Positions 25,182-33,490 of a stretch of 37,171 nucleotides of DNA are shown one piece after another. Source of the stretch: a virus. Taxonomy: Duplodnaviria; Caudoviricetes. A program made the position numbers and the translations under genes. The stretch spans positions 1 to 37,171 of the IMG/VR virus record IMGVR_UViG_3300050331_000089. One strand, written 5' to 3'. The notes under the pieces were generated by a model, which ran no database searches, was not told the DNA's origin, and worked only from the letters and a program-made list of their open reading frames with translations. Each line of letters begins with the position of its first letter. The first letter of the stretch is position 1.

Positions 25182-27242
25182 ATGGCGCAGATCCCGATCG
25201 GTAACGCAGGATTCCGGGTTCCCTCTGGCGCGCCCACGCCGCGCGTGGGTGACGGCCCAGGCCTGGGCGACGCGCTCGTGCAGGCCGGCCGTGTGGGCTC
25301 GGCGGTCGCCGAGGACATGCGTCAGGAGGAGGCCGCGCGGGTGCGCGAGGAGGTGCGGGTTGCGCGCGAGCAGGCCGCCGAAGTGCGCGCCGCGCGCCGC
25401 CAGCAGGCACAAATCGACGCCGGCACGCGCAGCATGCAGGCCGAGCTGGACATGGAAGACCTGCAGGCGCAGCTCGCCGAGCGGCTGCGCGCTGGCACGA
25501 TCGACCAGGACCAGTACGCCTCCGATCTCTCGGCCGGCATTCAGAAGATCCGCGGGGCGGCGCTCAAGGACGCCGACCCCGAGTGGGCGCCGCTCGTGGA
25601 GAAGTCGCTCATCGGCGCGCACAAGAAGACCGAGCGGGCCGCGCGCGCGACGATCACGGATGCAAACCGCCGCGCGGTGGGCGCAAAGATCACCGAGGCG
25701 ACCGAGCTACTTGGGCGCGCGGCGATCAGTGACCCGGAGGCCGCCATCCGGCGCGCCGATGCCCTGTACGACGGCGCGGCCGGCACGCTGGGCGCCGATG
25801 CGGTCGCCAAGGGCAAGGCAGCATTTCGCGAGCAAGCCTGGCGCAGCCACTACCTGCGCGGCATCGAAGCGAACCGCGACAACCCGCAAGGGCTCGACGC
25901 GCTGCGCGGGCGCATCAGCGGCACGGCCGCGCTCGACCCGAACCAGCAGACGGCGCTGCTCACCGCCATCGACACCCGCCAGCAACTGCTCGTGAACCGC
26001 GGGCAGGCCGCCGCCGAACGGCGCGACCGCAAGGCGCAGCAGGCTTTCGACGCGCTGCAGGCGCTCGACGCGCAGGGGTTGCCGGCCGATCCTGCGTTCC
26101 TCTCCGCGACGCTCGGCAAGCTCAAGGGCACGCCGTACGAAGAGGCGGCGCGCCAGATCGTCAACGGGTCGGCCGCGACCGCGCAATTCGGCGCGCTGCC
26201 CGTGGCGCAGCAGGATGCGGTGCTGGCCGGCGAGTACGCGAAGGCGCGCGAGGGTGGACTCACGCCGGCGCGCGCGAAGCACCTCAAGAAGCTCGAGGGT
26301 ATCCGGGACGCCTCGCAGCGCGCGTACAAGGACGATCCGTGGCAGGCGGCGCTCGAGCGCGGGCAGATCGACCCGCCGGCGCCGTTGAACCTGTCGAGCC
26401 CCGAGGCCGCGATGGAGAGCCTCACCGAGCGCATGGCGCAGGCGCCGACGCTCGATAGGCTCGCCGGGCGCCAGGTCACGCCGCTCAAGCCCGACGAGGC
26501 GCGGGTGCTGGGCGACATGCTCGAGCGCATGCCGATCCCGGAGCGCACGCGCTTTCTCGGCGGCATCGGCAAGGTCATCGGCGGGCGCCGGCTCGAGGAT
26601 CTGTCGCGCCAGCTCGGCGCGAAGAACAACGAGCTGGGGATCGCCGCCGCGATGGAGGCGCACCAGTTCCGGACGCAGTCCGGGCGGTCCGTGGCCGAGC
26701 TCTACCTGCAGGGGCAGGAGGCAATCGCCAAGAAGGTCGTCTCCCCAGAGGATATGCGGGCGGCGCCCGCGCGTTCCGAGCTCTACGAGCTTATCGGCGA
26801 CGCCTACACCAGCCCCGCGGCGCGCGACGCTGCGGTCGACGTCTCACTCGCGCTGTGGGCCGGGCAGCGCGCCGCCGGCCAGCGCCCGAGCGCGGAAGGG
26901 GTCGTCCGGCTGGCCACAGGCGGGATCATGGACGTCAACGGGCGCAAGACCCCGATGCCCTACGGCTGGACCGAGGACGAGATGCGCCAGGCGATCAACC
27001 GGGTCGACGGCGCGATGATCGCGGCGGCAGCAGGCGGGGCGGAGCCCGGGGCGCCGGCGAAGGGCAACGAGACCCGCGTGCGGGTGGGCGGCTCGCTCAT
27101 GACGGCGAGCGATCTCGCCGCGCAGATCGGGTCCGTACAGTTCCGCTCGGCCGGCATGAACCGGTACGTCCTGCAGGTCGGCAATCAGATCGTCACGCGC
27201 GAGGACGGCCGGCCGTTCGCAGTCTCGCTGGTGAGGCCCTGA
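25182..27242 (+). CDS. Internal virion (ejection) protein B
   Basis: 686-aa helical ORF starting MAQIP.G; synteny. Confidence 0.72.
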   Translation: MAQIPIGNAGFRVPSGAPTPRVGDGPGLGDALVQAGRVGSAVAEDMRQEEAARVREEVRVAREQAAEVRAARRQQAQIDAGTRSMQAELDMEDLQAQLAERLRAGTIDQDQYASDLSAGIQKIRGAALKDADPEWAPLVEKSLIGAHKKTERAARATITDANRRAVGAKITEATELLGRAAISDPEAAIRRADALYDGAAGTLGADAVAKGKAAFREQAWRSHYLRGIEANRDNPQGLDALRGRISGTAALDPNQQTALLTAIDTRQQLLVNRGQAAAERRDRKAQQAFDALQALDAQGLPADPAFLSATLGKLKGTPYEEAARQIVNGSAATAQFGALPVAQQDAVLAGEYAKAREGGLTPARAKHLKKLEGIRDASQRAYKDDPWQAALERGQIDPPAPLNLSSPEAAMESLTERMAQAPTLDRLAGRQVTPLKPDEARVLGDMLERMPIPERTRFLGGIGKVIGGRRLEDLSRQLGAKNNELGIAAAMEAHQFRTQSGRSVAELYLQGQEAIAKKVVSPEDMRAAPARSELYELIGDAYTSPAARDAAVDVSLALWAGQRAAGQRPSAEGVVRLATGGIMDVNGRKTPMPYGWTEDEMRQAINRVDGAMIAAAAGGAEPGAPAKGNETRVRVGGSLMTASDLAAQIGSVQFRSAGMNRYVLQVGNQIVTREDGRPFAVSLVRP

Positions 27243-29032
27243 TGTTCGACGCGCTGTATCAGGACGACGTCGACCGCGCGCTGCGCTTGGAAGCCGAAAC
27301 GCCGCGCGTGCAGCCGAAGAAGGAACCGGGGTTCTTCTCCGGGCTGGGCGGCGCGTCGTGGCGCGGCATCGCGCAGGGTGCCGTCGAGACCGCGCGCTCT
27401 GGGGTGAACCTGCTCGAGGCCTACGGCAAGACGGTGGCGTTCACCGAGGGCGAGAAGAAAGAGGAGTCGGTCGATCGGATCTTCGAGCAGTCGCAGGCGT
27501 CGAAGGATCTTGGCAAGGTCGCCCGCTCGTTCGACATCGACGCGGAGACGACCGGCACGGCCGGGCAGATCGTGCACGGGCTCACCAAGTTCGGCGCGAA
27601 GGCGGTCGGGCATGCCCTCGTCGAGGGCCCGCTCGCGCCGCTGGGCTTCGGCGTCGACGAGGGGGTCAGCGAAGGCCTGCGCCTGGCCGACAAGGGCGTC
27701 GACACCCAGACGGCGATCAAGGCGGGGGCGGTGCACGGCGTCACGGCCGGCGCGTCGATCGCGCTGCCGGTCGCCGGGCAGACGGTGCGCCAGACGATCG
27801 GGCTCACCGTCGCTGGCGGCCCGGGCGCGTTCATGGGCGAGCAGGCGGCGATCCACTCGATTCTCGACTCGGCCGGGTTCGAGGACATCGCGAAGGAATA
27901 CGACCCTTTCGACGTCACCGGGCTCGTTGTCTCGACGCTCGGCCCCGGGGCGTTCGGTGCCGGTGCCCACGTGGCTCGCGGCATGCGCGCGCGCCGCGCG
28001 GCGAAGGCCGGCGAGACGAAGTCGGCCGAACCAGGTACGAAGCCTGCTGAACCTGGAACGCCAGCGCCCGCTGGTGAGCCAGCCGCACCCCGCGAGGCGG
28101 TCGACGCCGCGCTCGTGCGTGTGCTCAGCGAAGCCGAGGAAGGCGCCGCGCTGGTCAAGCGCACCGACATCGAGGGCATGCAGCAGCACGCCCGGGCGCT
28201 GCGCGAGGCCGACGCCGCGCTCAACGACGGTCGCCCGGTCGATGTGACCGGGATTATCGATGCTGAGCGGGCCGACATCGGCCGCGCCTACGACCTGGTG
28301 CGCGAACAGCCTCAGGGGGATGCGTTCGATCCGCTGGTGCTGATCCGGCCGGAGGACATCGAGGCGGTGGCGGTGTCGCGCGGAGGGTGGAAGGGCATCG
28401 GCGACGTCGAGGTCAAAGGCCAAGGGTTCGGGCTGACCAAGTTCATCTGGCGCCACGGCGAAGGGTCCGTCAAGCCGCCCGAGTTGCAGGTGACGCGCGA
28501 GGACATACTCGCCTTCCCCGAGATTGTCCGGAGGTTCCACCCAGCCGAGGAGGCAGCATCGGACGGCTCCCGCGGCAGGGCTTGGCGCGTTCAGCGGGAA
28601 GGGGCGGACGGCGCGACGCGCACGCTTGTATACGCCGACAGTCAGCTTGCGGGAGCACCAGGCCGGCATCTGGTGACGGTGCACGTTCAGGAACCCGGGA
28701 TGACAGACACGAAGGTGCTGTCCAAAGAAAAGCCCGGCTGGGGTCCTGAGTCCCCCGGTAAGCGGTTGCAGGCTCACACCGGGGATACGCAACGCGGCTT
28801 TTTGCACCGCGCCGGTCAGGATCAGTCGGGCAGCGACAGTGTACCGCGAGCGGCCAGCGCCGACCAGGTGGCCGAGCTGTCCGACCGGGTCGCCCGACTG
28901 GAGATGCACACCGACGAGGGCGTCACGGCGCCGGTCGAGCAGGTGGCGAGCCAGGCCGACGAGGCGCTCAAGGCCGCCCAGAACGATGCCAAGGCGTTCG
29001 AGGTGGCCGTCAACTGTCTTCTGAGGGGGTGA
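27242..29032 (+). CDS. Internal virion (ejection) protein with an inserted PBECR-like nuclease domain
   Basis: Start MFDALY (TGATG coupling); Gly/Ala hydrophobic N-terminal region; GFGLTKFIWRHGE...HLVTVH domain; C-terminal AFEVAVNCLLRG. Confidence 0.75.
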   Translation: MFDALYQDDVDRALRLEAETPRVQPKKEPGFFSGLGGASWRGIAQGAVETARSGVNLLEAYGKTVAFTEGEKKEESVDRIFEQSQASKDLGKVARSFDIDAETTGTAGQIVHGLTKFGAKAVGHALVEGPLAPLGFGVDEGVSEGLRLADKGVDTQTAIKAGAVHGVTAGASIALPVAGQTVRQTIGLTVAGGPGAFMGEQAAIHSILDSAGFEDIAKEYDPFDVTGLVVSTLGPGAFGAGAHVARGMRARRAAKAGETKSAEPGTKPAEPGTPAPAGEPAAPREAVDAALVRVLSEAEEGAALVKRTDIEGMQQHARALREADAALNDGRPVDVTGIIDAERADIGRAYDLVREQPQGDAFDPLVLIRPEDIEAVAVSRGGWKGIGDVEVKGQGFGLTKFIWRHGEGSVKPPELQVTREDILAFPEIVRRFHPAEEAASDGSRGRAWRVQREGADGATRTLVYADSQLAGAPGRHLVTVHVQEPGMTDTKVLSKEKPGWGPESPGKRLQAHTGDTQRGFLHRAGQDQSGSDSVPRAASADQVAELSDRVARLEMHTDEGVTAPVEQVASQADEALKAAQNDAKAFEVAVNCLLRG

Positions 29033-29036
29033 AGCC

Positions 29037-31475
29037 ATGCGGGGCGAGTGCATCGATGCAGTGCAGGAGGCGATCGGACGGTCGCTCAGCCAGGCCGAGG
29101 TCAAAGGCATCGAGGATCGGATCCGCGGGGCGATGAAGCAGCTGGCGCGCCAGGACATCGACGCCTGGCGGGCGATGCCCGAAGCCGACCGGCTGAGCCA
29201 GGCCGCCGAGCTCGCGCGCGACCAGCTGCTCGGCGAGGCCGCGAAGCAGCGCCAGCGGGTCGGGTTGCAGATCCGGGCGGTGGACCGGATCATGCGCGCC
29301 ATCGACGAGGCGAAAACGGCCGGCGAGCGCGGAATGGATGGGCTCTTTCGCTTTCTCGAGCAGACCGACATCTACCGAAAGGGCGTCGAGCGCCAGTATT
29401 TCGCCGGGCTGCTCGACACGATGGAGGCGGTCAACGGTCGGCTGCTCGGGATGATCGAAGACGGTCGCGTCGCGCGCGCGATCACGCAGGAGGTCTTCGG
29501 CGTCGACTCGGGCAGTACGGTCGCGAAGGCTGCGGCGAAGGCCTGGCTCGACACGATCGAGGCGATGCGGGAGCGCTTCAATGCGGCCGGTGGCGACGTC
29601 GGCAAGCTCGACTACGGGTACATCCCGCAGCCGCACGACTCGGTCCGCGTGTTGCAGTCGGGGGCTGAGAGGTGGGCCGACGACGTGCTGCCGCTGCTCG
29701 ACAAGCGCCGGTACCTGCACGAGGACGGCGCCGCGATGACCGACGCCGAGATCCGCGACTTTCTCGCCTCGGCGTGGAAGACGATCAGCTCGGACGGCCT
29801 GAACAAGATCGAGCCAGGGCAGCGCATGGGCTCCTCGATGCTGGCGAACCGGGGCGCGGCTTCGCGCGAGATTCACTTCGCCGGGCCCGACGAGTATCTC
29901 GCCTACATGCAGGCCTACGGCCGGCGCGGCGTGCTCGCCTCGATGCAGTCGCACGTCGGCGCGATGGCGCGAAACATCGCCTTCGTCGAGCGTCTGGGCC
30001 CGAACCCCGAGGCCACGTTTCGCACGGCGTTCGACACGCTTCGCAAAGACGGCGAGAGCACGCGAGTGCTCGGCAAGACGGTCGACGTCGAGCACGCCTG
30101 GGACACGATGAGCGGCAAGCTCGACAACCCGAGCTGGGCGCGCATGGCCGAGATCTCGCAGGGCGTGCGCAACCTTCAGGTCGCCTCGAAGCTGGGCAGC
30201 GCGATGCTCTCGTCGCTCACCGACCTGGGCACGATGGTGCTCACCGCGCGCCTGCACCGGCTGCCGACGCTACAGATGATGGGCAACACTATCCGCATGC
30301 TCGGCAAGGGCGATCGCGAGTTCGCGAACCGCGCGGGGTTGCTCGCCGAGTCGATGATCTCCGACATGAACCGCTGGGCCGAGGGGAACATCGGCCCGGG
30401 CTGGACGTCGAAGCTCGCGAACGTGACGATGCAGCTGTCGTTGCTCAACGGATGGACGGACACGCTGCGCCGCGGCTTCTCGGTGACGATGATGGGCGCG
30501 CTCGGCAAGATGAGCCGCCTCGATTGGGGCCAGCTCGACGCGCCCGATCGCGCGCACATGCAGCGCGCCGGCATCACCGAGGCCGATTTCGCCGTCTGGC
30601 GGGCAGCAGCGCCTGAGGACTGGCACGGCTCCCAGATGCTCACGCCAGAGTCGATCCGGGCGATTCCGGACGCCGCGCTGCAGGGCATGGGCGACCCGGT
30701 GCGGGTGCGCGAGCAGGCGATAACCAAGCTTCTCGCCTACGTCACCGACGAGAGCGAGTTCGCCGTCGTGAACCCCGACCTTGCGACGCGCACGATCCAA
30801 CGCGGCGGCAGCCAGAAGGGCACGATCAGCGGCGAGGTCTGGCGTTCGGTCATGCTCTTCAAGTCGTTCCCGATCGCGATGATCTCGCGCCACTGGCGGC
30901 GCATGGCGACCGATCCGTCGATGACACGCGTCGAGCGGCTGCGCTACGGCGCGGGGCTGATGACGGGGCTCACGGCGCTGGGCTACGCGGCGATGACGGC
31001 GAAGGATCTTCGCGACGGAAAGGATCCGAAGGACTTGACCAATCCGAAGACCTGGGGCGCTGCCTTCACGCAGGGCGGCGGGCTGGGCATCGTCGGCGAC
31101 TTCATGTTCTCCGACGTCTCGCGTTTCGGGAATACGCTCACGGAAACGCTCGCCGGGCCTGTGGCGTCGACGTTCTCCGATCTCGCGAAGCTCACCATCG
31201 GCAACGTGCACCAGGCGGCGCGCGGCGACGCCACGCACGCGGGCGCGGAAATGGTGCAGTTCCTGCGCGGCAACACGCCGGGCGTGAACCTCTGGTACAC
31301 GAAGGCGGCGATCGAGCGCGCGTTCCTGCACGACCTGCAGGAAGCGGTCAGCCCCGGGTACCTCTCGCGGATGGAGCAGCGCGCGAAGAAGGAGTTCGGC
31401 CAGGAGTTCTGGTGGCAGCCGGGCGAGCTCACGCCGGATCGGGCGCCGGACTTCGGCTCGATGGTGGGAGACTGA
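29037..31475 (+). CDS. Large internal virion (DNA ejection) protein
   Basis: MR.ECI.AV..AIGR, RFN.AGGD.GKL..GY.PQ.H, LFKSFPIAM..RHW.R, GGGLGI.GDF, NLWY.KAA, SPGYL.R. Confidence 0.82.
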   Translation: MRGECIDAVQEAIGRSLSQAEVKGIEDRIRGAMKQLARQDIDAWRAMPEADRLSQAAELARDQLLGEAAKQRQRVGLQIRAVDRIMRAIDEAKTAGERGMDGLFRFLEQTDIYRKGVERQYFAGLLDTMEAVNGRLLGMIEDGRVARAITQEVFGVDSGSTVAKAAAKAWLDTIEAMRERFNAAGGDVGKLDYGYIPQPHDSVRVLQSGAERWADDVLPLLDKRRYLHEDGAAMTDAEIRDFLASAWKTISSDGLNKIEPGQRMGSSMLANRGAASREIHFAGPDEYLAYMQAYGRRGVLASMQSHVGAMARNIAFVERLGPNPEATFRTAFDTLRKDGESTRVLGKTVDVEHAWDTMSGKLDNPSWARMAEISQGVRNLQVASKLGSAMLSSLTDLGTMVLTARLHRLPTLQMMGNTIRMLGKGDREFANRAGLLAESMISDMNRWAEGNIGPGWTSKLANVTMQLSLLNGWTDTLRRGFSVTMMGALGKMSRLDWGQLDAPDRAHMQRAGITEADFAVWRAAAPEDWHGSQMLTPESIRAIPDAALQGMGDPVRVREQAITKLLAYVTDESEFAVVNPDLATRTIQRGGSQKGTISGEVWRSVMLFKSFPIAMISRHWRRMATDPSMTRVERLRYGAGLMTGLTALGYAAMTAKDLRDGKDPKDLTNPKTWGAAFTQGGGLGIVGDFMFSDVSRFGNTLTETLAGPVASTFSDLAKLTIGNVHQAARGDATHAGAEMVQFLRGNTPGVNLWYTKAAIERAFLHDLQEAVSPGYLSRMEQRAKKEFGQEFWWQPGELTPDRAPDFGSMVGD

Positions 31476-31478
31476 ACC

Positions 31479-31865
31479 GTGAGGCAGGATCAATTCGAGG
31501 CGTTGCAGCGACGCGCGGAGCAGCTGCTCGACGTCTTCCTCAAGGAGTCGAACCCGGACACGTGGCCGGGCGCTGGGCAGCTGCCGCACGAGATGAGCAA
31601 ACAGACCCGCGGCGATCGGTACTGGACGAAGAAGGAATGCGTCGCCACGCTCGCCTGTGCGCAGCGGATCATCGGTCTCGTCGACGTCGCACGGTCGAAG
31701 AGCGCCGGCGGCGAGGACAACCCGGCTGCCGTCACCGAGGGCGACGACGAGCTCGAGCGCGAGGTCGCCGCGGCCGAGAAGGAGGCGGCGGCGCTGATGA
31801 ACGAGATCCAGCGCAAGGCGCGCAAAGCCACGTTCGACAAGCGCGTTCATGGCCGCAAGGCGTGA
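31479..31865 (+). CDS. terS: Putative terminase small subunit
   Basis: 128-aa helical ORF overlapping the TerL start (DP..WPG, RGDRYW.KK). Confidence 0.55.
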   Translation: MRQDQFEALQRRAEQLLDVFLKESNPDTWPGAGQLPHEMSKQTRGDRYWTKKECVATLACAQRIIGLVDVARSKSAGGEDNPAAVTEGDDELEREVAAAEKEAAALMNEIQRKARKATFDKRVHGRKA

Positions 31866-33471
31866 CGTCGGCCTTCTCGCCTTCTTCCTGATCTGGGCGA
31901 AGCTGCGGCGATGGAAGGTTCCCGAGATCCACGTTCGCGCCCTCGTGTGGCTCGAGAGCTGCGGCGAGCTCGCGGTGTTGCGGTGCTTCCGCGGCTTCGG
32001 CAAGTCCACGATCCTCGGCGTCTACAACGCCTGGCGCTACTACCGCGATTCACAGTACCGGATCTTGCATCAGTCGGAGGCCGACAGCACCGCCTACAAG
32101 ACGAGCCGCGACACGCAGAACGTGCTCCGACAGCACCCGCTCACGCGCGGGATGTTCCGCGAGGGCGGTGTCGAGCAGTGGTGGGTCGAGGGCGCCGAGG
32201 ACGCGCGCAATGCGAGCATGTTCGCGAAGGGCATCCTCTCGAACGTCACGAGCGGTCGCGCCGACGAGTGCCAGAACGACGACGTCGAGGTGCCACGCAA
32301 CATCCAGACGGTCGAGGCGCGCGAGAAGCTGCGCTACCGCCTGAGCGAGCAGACGCACATCCTGGTCCCGGGCGGCCGGCAGATCTACGTGGGCACCCCG
32401 CACACCCATGACTCGCTATACGACGAGCAGGAGCGCCTCGGCGCGGACTGCCTGACGATTCGCATGTTCGAGCACGAGCATCGGATCGAGGACGCGAGGA
32501 ATGCTGCCTACGATCTGCCGTTCGCGCCGGAGTACGTGTTCGCGGGGATCTTCAAGCACGCGCGGCTGCTCGTCGAAGGGCGCGACTACCGGCTACAGGG
32601 AACGCGGCTCGTCTTCGCCTCGGCGCCGGGAGGGATCGTCGACTGCTACGCCGGCTGCGCCTGGCCGGAGCGGTTCACGCGCGAGGAGCTCGAGAAGCGC
32701 CGGCGCAAGACGCGAACGATCAACGAGTGGGATTCGCAGTACCAGCTGCACAGCAAGCCGATCCACGACGTGCGCCTCGACCCCGACCGGATGATTCCCT
32801 ACGAGGTCGAGCCGGTGCTGATGAGCGCGAACAAGCGCCCGGTGCTGATGCTGGGCAAGGTGCAGCTCGTCGGGTTCAAGGCCTGGTGGGACGTCTCGCT
32901 CGGCAAGGTGAAGAGCGACGCGTCGGCGCTGTGCGTCGTCTTCACCGACGACGCCGGGCGCCTGTACTGGCACCGGGCCATCGGCGTCACGGGCGATCTC
33001 GAGCTGCTCGATGCGCGCGGCCGGCTGGTCGGCGGGCAGTGCCATCAGATCCTGCAGGCGCTGCGCGCGGTGCACGTGCATCACGTGACGGTCGAGACCA
33101 ACGGCCCAGGCGGGTTCGTGCCGCCGATTCTCCGGAAGCACCTGGCGCCGCACGGCATCACGGTCAGCGAAGAGCATTCGAGCGAGAACAAGCAGCGGCG
33201 CATCCTCGATGCCTTCGAGCCGCCGCTCTCGTCGAAGTTCCTCTGGGCGCACGTGTCGGTGCTCGACGGCCCGGCCGCGCCGCAGATGCGCGAGTTCAAC
33301 CCGGCGATCGCCAACCAGCCCGACGACTATCTCGACGCCGGCGCCGGTGCGATCCGCGCAACCCCCGTGCGCATAGGGCGATTCGTCGGGATTCCGGCAG
33401 GCGTTGAGCGGCAGGATTGGTCCCCGGTATCCGGGTCATTCGAGGTGGAGGTCGAATTCGACGCGCCGTGA
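31849..33471 (+). CDS. terL: Terminase large subunit
   Basis: Walker A CFRGFGKST, G.RAD...NDDVE, VGTPH, nuclease-domain WD.SLG, VETNG.G, DDYLDA.AGA. Confidence 0.92.
   Translation: MAARRDVGLLAFFLIWAKLRRWKVPEIHVRALVWLESCGELAVLRCFRGFGKSTILGVYNAWRYYRDSQYRILHQSEADSTAYKTSRDTQNVLRQHPLTRGMFREGGVEQWWVEGAEDARNASMFAKGILSNVTSGRADECQNDDVEVPRNIQTVEAREKLRYRLSEQTHILVPGGRQIYVGTPHTHDSLYDEQERLGADCLTIRMFEHEHRIEDARNAAYDLPFAPEYVFAGIFKHARLLVEGRDYRLQGTRLVFASAPGGIVDCYAGCAWPERFTREELEKRRRKTRTINEWDSQYQLHSKPIHDVRLDPDRMIPYEVEPVLMSANKRPVLMLGKVQLVGFKAWWDVSLGKVKSDASALCVVFTDDAGRLYWHRAIGVTGDLELLDARGRLVGGQCHQILQALRAVHVHHVTVETNGPGGFVPPILRKHLAPHGITVSEEHSSENKQRRILDAFEPPLSSKFLWAHVSVLDGPAAPQMREFNPAIANQPDDYLDAGAGAIRATPVRIGRFVGIPAGVERQDWSPVSGSFEVEVEFDAP
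33385..33417 (+). promoter_or_regulatory. Putative late promoter 3 (inside the terL 3' end, upstream of tailspike and lysis genes)
   Basis: GTCGGGATTCCG core followed by CAGGAT (33412-33417) at the same offset as sites 1 and 2. Confidence 0.5.
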
Positions 33472-33490
33472 CCCGGCGAGGACCAAGAGA

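Noticed and set aside
25209-25216. GGATTCCG partial match to the late motif
   Set aside because: Lacks the GTCG half, lies inside a CDS and has no matching -10-like hexamer.
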